From an uncultured Bacteroidota bacterium (lineage in GTDB: Bacteria; Bacteroidota; Ignavibacteria; UBA10030; UBA6906): DNA of 64,000 nucleotides. The DNA lies in contig CAVOYH010000003.1 of assembly GCA_963700635.1 (NCBI GenBank), forward strand, positions 864,001-928,000, given 5' to 3'. The notes beneath the pieces are model-generated. The model saw only the letters and a list, made by a program, of their open reading frames with translations, was not told the DNA's origin and ran no database searches. Below, piece after piece: positions 60,221 to 64,000 of the stretch. Numbering within the stretch: the first letter of the stretch is position 1; every line of letters starts with the position of its first letter. The translations under genes were made by a program, and so were the position numbers.

Positions 60221-61480
60221 TTACGCCGACTGTTTCTGTTCTTCGTACTTGTACAGGGGCTCCTTTTTCCGGAGGATGACGTCTTTCGTGATGGTGCAGC
60301 TGCTGACATTCCGTTTCTCGGGAAGCCCATACATGATGTCCAGCATCACTTCCTCCAGGATCGATCGGAGGGCCCGTGCACCCGTCCCGCGTTCCATTGC
60401 CTTCTGCACGACCGCCTTCAGCGCTGCCTCTTCAAAGACCAGATCCACACCATCCACCCGGAAGAGTCGTTTGTACTGTTTCACGATTGCATTTTTGGGT
60501 TCGGTGAGAATGTTCAGCAATGCTTCCTCACTCAGGGCGTGCAGGGATGAAATCAGGGGCAGGCGTCCGACAAATTCCGGAATCAATCCGAATTTGATAA
60601 GGTCCTCCGGCTGCACCAGCTGGAGGTATTCATCAGGGTGAGCGTCTTTCTTTCCCTTGATTTCAGCGCCGAATCCCATCGGATTCTTGTTCACCCGCCG
60701 TGCAACGATCTTGTCCAGCCCTTCGAAAGCCCCGCCGCAGATAAACAGAACATTGCGGGTGTTGATGTTGATCAGACTCTGCTCCGGATGTTTTCGTCCG
60801 CCTTTCGGAGGCACGCCGGCAATGGTTCCTTCGAGAATCTTCAGCAGGGCCTGCTGCACACCCTCACCCGATACATCACGCGTAATGGAGGCGCTTTCGC
60901 TTTTTCGTGAAATCTTGTCGATCTCGTCAATATACACGATGCCCCGCTCCGCCTTCTCGACATTGTATTCGGCATTCTGCAGGAGGTGTACGAGGATTGT
61001 CTCGACGTCGTCGCCGACATAACCGGCTTCGGTGAGGGTTGTGGCATCGGCGATGGCGAACGGGAGATCGAGTATCTTCGCAAGAGTCTGGGCGAGCAAG
61101 GTCTTGCCCGTCCCGGTCGGACCGATCAGCAGGATGTTGGTCTTTTCGATATCGACGTCATCCAGCTCGAAAAGATTGTCCTTGGCGTCAATACGTTTGT
61201 AGTGGTTATACACCGAGACCGCGAGTGACTTCTTTGCGTGTTCCTGCCCGATAACATATTCGTCGAGGGCGTTTTTGATCTGGACAGGGGTGAGACCTGA
61301 TTTGGGGCCGCGCCGAGCGGTAAACGCTGCGAGGTTGTTGCGGATGATGTCGACCGAACTGGAAACACAGATGTCACAGATATACACATCCGGTCCAGCG
61401 ATGATACTCTGCACCTCTTCGGGTGTCCGTCCGCAGAACGAACAGTGTATTTTGTCGCCACTCCGGCTGCGCTGTGTCAT
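60221..61480 (-). CDS. clpX: ATP-dependent Clp protease ATP-binding subunit ClpX
   Basis: CSFCG...ICDIC zinc finger, [32 protein letters not shown] loop and GARALR. Confidence 0.99.
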   Translation of the reverse strand: MTQRSRSGDKIHCSFCGRTPEEVQSIIAGPDVYICDICVSSSVDIIRNNLAAFTARRGPKSGLTPVQIKNALDEYVIGQEHAKKSLAVSVYNHYKRIDAKDNLFELDDVDIEKTNILLIGPTGTGKTLLAQTLAKILDLPFAIADATTLTEAGYVGDDVETILVHLLQNAEYNVEKAERGIVYIDEIDKISRKSESASITRDVSGEGVQQALLKILEGTIAGVPPKGGRKHPEQSLININTRNVLFICGGAFEGLDKIVARRVNKNPMGFGAEIKGKKDAHPDEYLQLVQPEDLIKFGLIPEFVGRLPLISSLHALSEEALLNILTEPKNAIVKQYKRLFRVDGVDLVFEEAALKAVVQKAMERGTGARALRSILEEVMLDIMYGLPEKRNVSSCTITKDVILRKKEPLYKYEEQKQSA

Positions 61481-61500
61481 GGTAGTCCCGCGATAAGTGC

Positions 61501-62142
61501 CTATTTCTTGGTGTCGCGTTCTTTCTTGACAAACACGTTGTCAATCAGGCCGTAGGTTTTTGCTTCTTCCGACGACATATACCGGTCGCGGTCCGTATCA
61601 CGTTCGATTGTGGTGATCGGCTGGTTGCAGTGGTTCGCCAGGATTTCGTTCAGCCGTTTCTTTGTTCGCAGGATTTCTTCGGCCTGGATGCTGATGTCGG
61701 ATGCGGTTCCCTGCACACCACCCCAGGGTTGGTGGATCATGATGCGGGAGTTCGGGAGGGTGGAGCGTTTTCCTTTTGTGCCTCCGGCCAGCAGCACGGC
61801 GCCCATACTTGCCGCCATACCGATACAAATCGTCGCCACATCCGGACGGATATACTGTATGGTATCATAAATAGCCAGACCCGACGATACGCTGCCTCCG
61901 GGGCTGTTGATATACACGTTGATGTCCTTATCCGGATCTTCCGATTCAAGGAACAGCAACTGTGCGATCACCAGGCTCGCAACGGTGTCATCGATCGGAG
62001 TACCGAGGAAGACGATCCGTTCTTTGAGGAGACGCGAAAAGATGTCGAATGCCCGTTCCCCGCGGCCGGTTTGTTCCACCACCATAGGGACGAGCTGGTT
62101 GTACAAATCATAGGGTTTTGGTGTGTTGTTGCTGATCGTCAT
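61501..62142 (-). CDS. clpP: ATP-dependent Clp protease proteolytic subunit
   Basis: [28 protein letters not shown] and DTDRD. Confidence 0.99.
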   Translation of the reverse strand: MTISNNTPKPYDLYNQLVPMVVEQTGRGERAFDIFSRLLKERIVFLGTPIDDTVASLVIAQLLFLESEDPDKDINVYINSPGGSVSSGLAIYDTIQYIRPDVATICIGMAASMGAVLLAGGTKGKRSTLPNSRIMIHQPWGGVQGTASDISIQAEEILRTKKRLNEILANHCNQPITTIERDTDRDRYMSSEEAKTYGLIDNVFVKKERDTKK

Positions 62143-63416
62143 GAGTCCACCCCTTCCTTCAATTCCTTGTCCGAGATCGTTGCATGCTGTTTCAAAAAAT
62201 CCATGACTTTTCCTGAGAGAATTCGGTCACGCACGGCCTCGGATCGTTTGTAATGAGGCAGCAGCTTCTCCTTTTCAAGACCCGTCCGCCCTGCCTCTTC
62301 TGTTGCGAGTTTTTCAATGTCGTCGTCGGTGACCGTCAGATTTTCGACTTCGGCAATCCGTTCCTTGATCATCATCCACTTGGCCTGCCAGATGGCCTGC
62401 GTGCGGCGCTCCTCGCGGTATTTCTTTTCATCAAATCCCGCGGGCAGGGAACGCTCACGCGAACGCTCGCGCAGTTCCGCGATATAGGAATCCAGAAGCG
62501 CTTCCACGAATGCCTCCGGCACAGGAACCTCGTGTTGCCGGACGATTTCGGATGCGATATCGTCGGCCACTTTGGCTTCCGCGCGTTCCGACCAGTATCG
62601 TTGGAGATCGGCGCGTAAGGAAGTCTTAAATTCATCAGGCGAAGTGACGGCATCGCGTGTCACCTTCTTCACCAGCGCTTCGTCAAAAGGCGGCAGCTGG
62701 ACCTTCTCAATCGTCTTCGGTGTTATGGCCAGTCGAACGGTGTCCTTGTGGTCTGCGTGTGTCGATTCGAACGTCGCCTGGACCGTTTGCCCGACTGTTG
62801 CGGACCGCAGCGAATCGCGGATTTCGGTGGCAAGAGTGTGATCCGCAAGATAAAACCGTACGCCGTTGGATTTGCGCCCGATAAGGGGAGTCCCGGCTTC
62901 ATCCAGTTCCTGCACGTCGGCGGTGACGATATGCTCGTCATCCGTAACGGTGTCAGCCGGCGCCATGGAACTGTTGGCTTTCCGGATCTGCTGGATTTCT
63001 TCTTCCACTTCTTCGTCGGGGACTGTATGGACCGGCCTGTCCACCGCAATGCCCTTGTAGGTTTTGAGTTCGACGGGTGGTTTTACCTCGTATTCGATGC
63101 GGAATTGGAACCGCTCCCCCCGTTTAAAATCCATATCAACCATTGACGGGCGGCCGAGCGGGTGAATGTTCCGTTCTTCCATCGCCTGATGGTAAAAAGT
63201 ATTGGCGATCTCATCGAGGGCCTCGTGTTCAATCGCCTCACCATACAGTTTTTTCACCATCGAAAGGGGGGCCTTGCCCTTGCGGAATCCTTTGAGCTCC
63301 ACCTTTGCCCGGTATTTGTCGTACGCCTGATCAAAATGTGATTGAAGCTCGTCATGGACGAGCTCGATGGTGGCTTCCTGTTTTACTTCTGAGAGTGTGT
63401 TAATGGTAACCTGCAA
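62139..63416 (-). CDS. tig: Trigger factor
   Basis: GFRKGKAP ribosome-binding motif and tig-clpP-clpX synteny. TTG start with GAGG RBS. Confidence 0.96.
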   Translation of the reverse strand: MQVTINTLSEVKQEATIELVHDELQSHFDQAYDKYRAKVELKGFRKGKAPLSMVKKLYGEAIEHEALDEIANTFYHQAMEERNIHPLGRPSMVDMDFKRGERFQFRIEYEVKPPVELKTYKGIAVDRPVHTVPDEEVEEEIQQIRKANSSMAPADTVTDDEHIVTADVQELDEAGTPLIGRKSNGVRFYLADHTLATEIRDSLRSATVGQTVQATFESTHADHKDTVRLAITPKTIEKVQLPPFDEALVKKVTRDAVTSPDEFKTSLRADLQRYWSERAEAKVADDIASEIVRQHEVPVPEAFVEALLDSYIAELRERSRERSLPAGFDEKKYREERRTQAIWQAKWMMIKERIAEVENLTVTDDDIEKLATEEAGRTGLEKEKLLPHYKRSEAVRDRILSGKVMDFLKQHATISDKELKEGVDS

Positions 63417-63472
63417 CGGACAACCTCATAACGTTATGAACTGAGCGTGAATAGCACCCTGACGATTAAGTG

Positions 63473-63554
63473 TGGGCATAGGGGGACTCGAACCCTCACG
63501 GATTTCTCCACTAGATCCTAAGTCTAGCGCGTCTACCAATTCCGCCATATGCCC
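63473..63554 (-). tRNA. tRNA-Leu(TAG)
   Basis: GGGCATA...TATGCCC-A acceptor stem, CTAGA-CT-TAG-GA-TCTAG anticodon arm, long variable arm and GGTTCGAGTC. CCA not encoded. Confidence 0.97.
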
Positions 63555-63625
63555 AAAGACCACACGCGGCGGTGCGGCGCGCGGAATAGAGGAGCGCCCC
63601 GGCGGCCGATTGTTGTCAAGTGCAC

Positions 63626-63654
63626 AATGTATACAAAAAGGAAGAAACTTCCAA
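63626..63654 (-). promoter_or_regulatory. sigma70-type promoter of tRNA-Leu-tig-clpPX
   Basis: TTGGAA-N17-TACATT. Confidence 0.6.
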
Positions 63655-63673
63655 GTAACGGCGCAGTAGGTCT

Positions 63674-64000
63674 TTAGGGGGCAGGTAGGGGGTAGTAAAG
63701 CCGGAAGGTGGCACCTTTTCCGGGAACGGAATCTACCTCCACGCGTCCCCGGTGGTCTTCCAGTATCTTTTTTACAATTGAGAGGCCCAGCCCTGTCCCG
63801 TGTTTCTTTCCGTATGAGAAAAAAGGCTCAAAAAGCCTGGGGCGGATCTCTTCTGGAATCCCCGGTCCGGAATCTGACACCTCGATGATGATAAATCCAT
63901 CGTGCATCCGCGTTCGAATGGTGAGTGTGCCCCCCTCCGGCATCACGTCAGCGGCGTTTCCCGTCAGGTTATACAGCACACGTGCAAGCTTGTCCACGTC
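63674..64000 (-). CDS. Sensor histidine kinase, C-terminal HATPase domain (runs off the window)
   Basis: NL..NAAD.M, DSGPGI, FEPFFS, GTGLGL and GATF boxes. Confidence 0.9.
   Translation of the reverse strand, partial: DVDKLARVLYNLTGNAADVMPEGGTLTIRTRMHDGFIIIEVSDSGPGIPEEIRPRLFEPFFSYGKKHGTGLGLSIVKKILEDHRGRVEVDSVPGKGATFRLYYPLPAP

Overview
Core-genome segment (roughly 57-58% GC by eye, densely coding) of a diderm bacterium, most likely FCB group, Ignavibacteria/Bacteroidota-like. This assignment is inferred from the split atp operon lacking atpD/atpC, the long S16, the MqnA-like, DUF5916 and FadL-type outer-membrane proteins, and the Bacteroidota-type LptD. About 61 CDS and 2 tRNAs (Pro-GGG, Leu-TAG) are present. 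Main loci: M23-bactofilin-atpZIBEFHAG; ffh-rpsP-khpA-rimM-trmD-rplS-mqnA-like; recN-cysS; acylase-cobB-pyk; hybrid kinase-rodZ-ligA; dinG; acpS plus a GlrK/QseG-like kinase-lipoprotein pair; pgpH-like-xerD-desulfurase-lysA-ddl; ftsB-rarA-lptD; tig-clpP-clpX. No prophage, IS, integron or CRISPR array is visible. The most notable signals are: (i) an uncharacterised low-complexity Tyr/Gly- and Ser/Arg/Pro-rich lipoprotein paired with a FadL-like barrel, behind a sigma54-like promoter and a GlrR-type box; (ii) an orphan GlrK/QseG-like pair; (iii) a frameshift splitting the cysS anticodon-binding domain; (iv) an MqnA homologue with degenerate catalytic motifs; (v) a recurrent TTGnnn-N17-(cg)TAyaTT promoter class that predicts several leaderless or near-leaderless mRNAs; (vi) LytTR-like direct repeats upstream of an exported HEAT-repeat protein. 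All family assignments come from motif recognition by eye; no database search was run.
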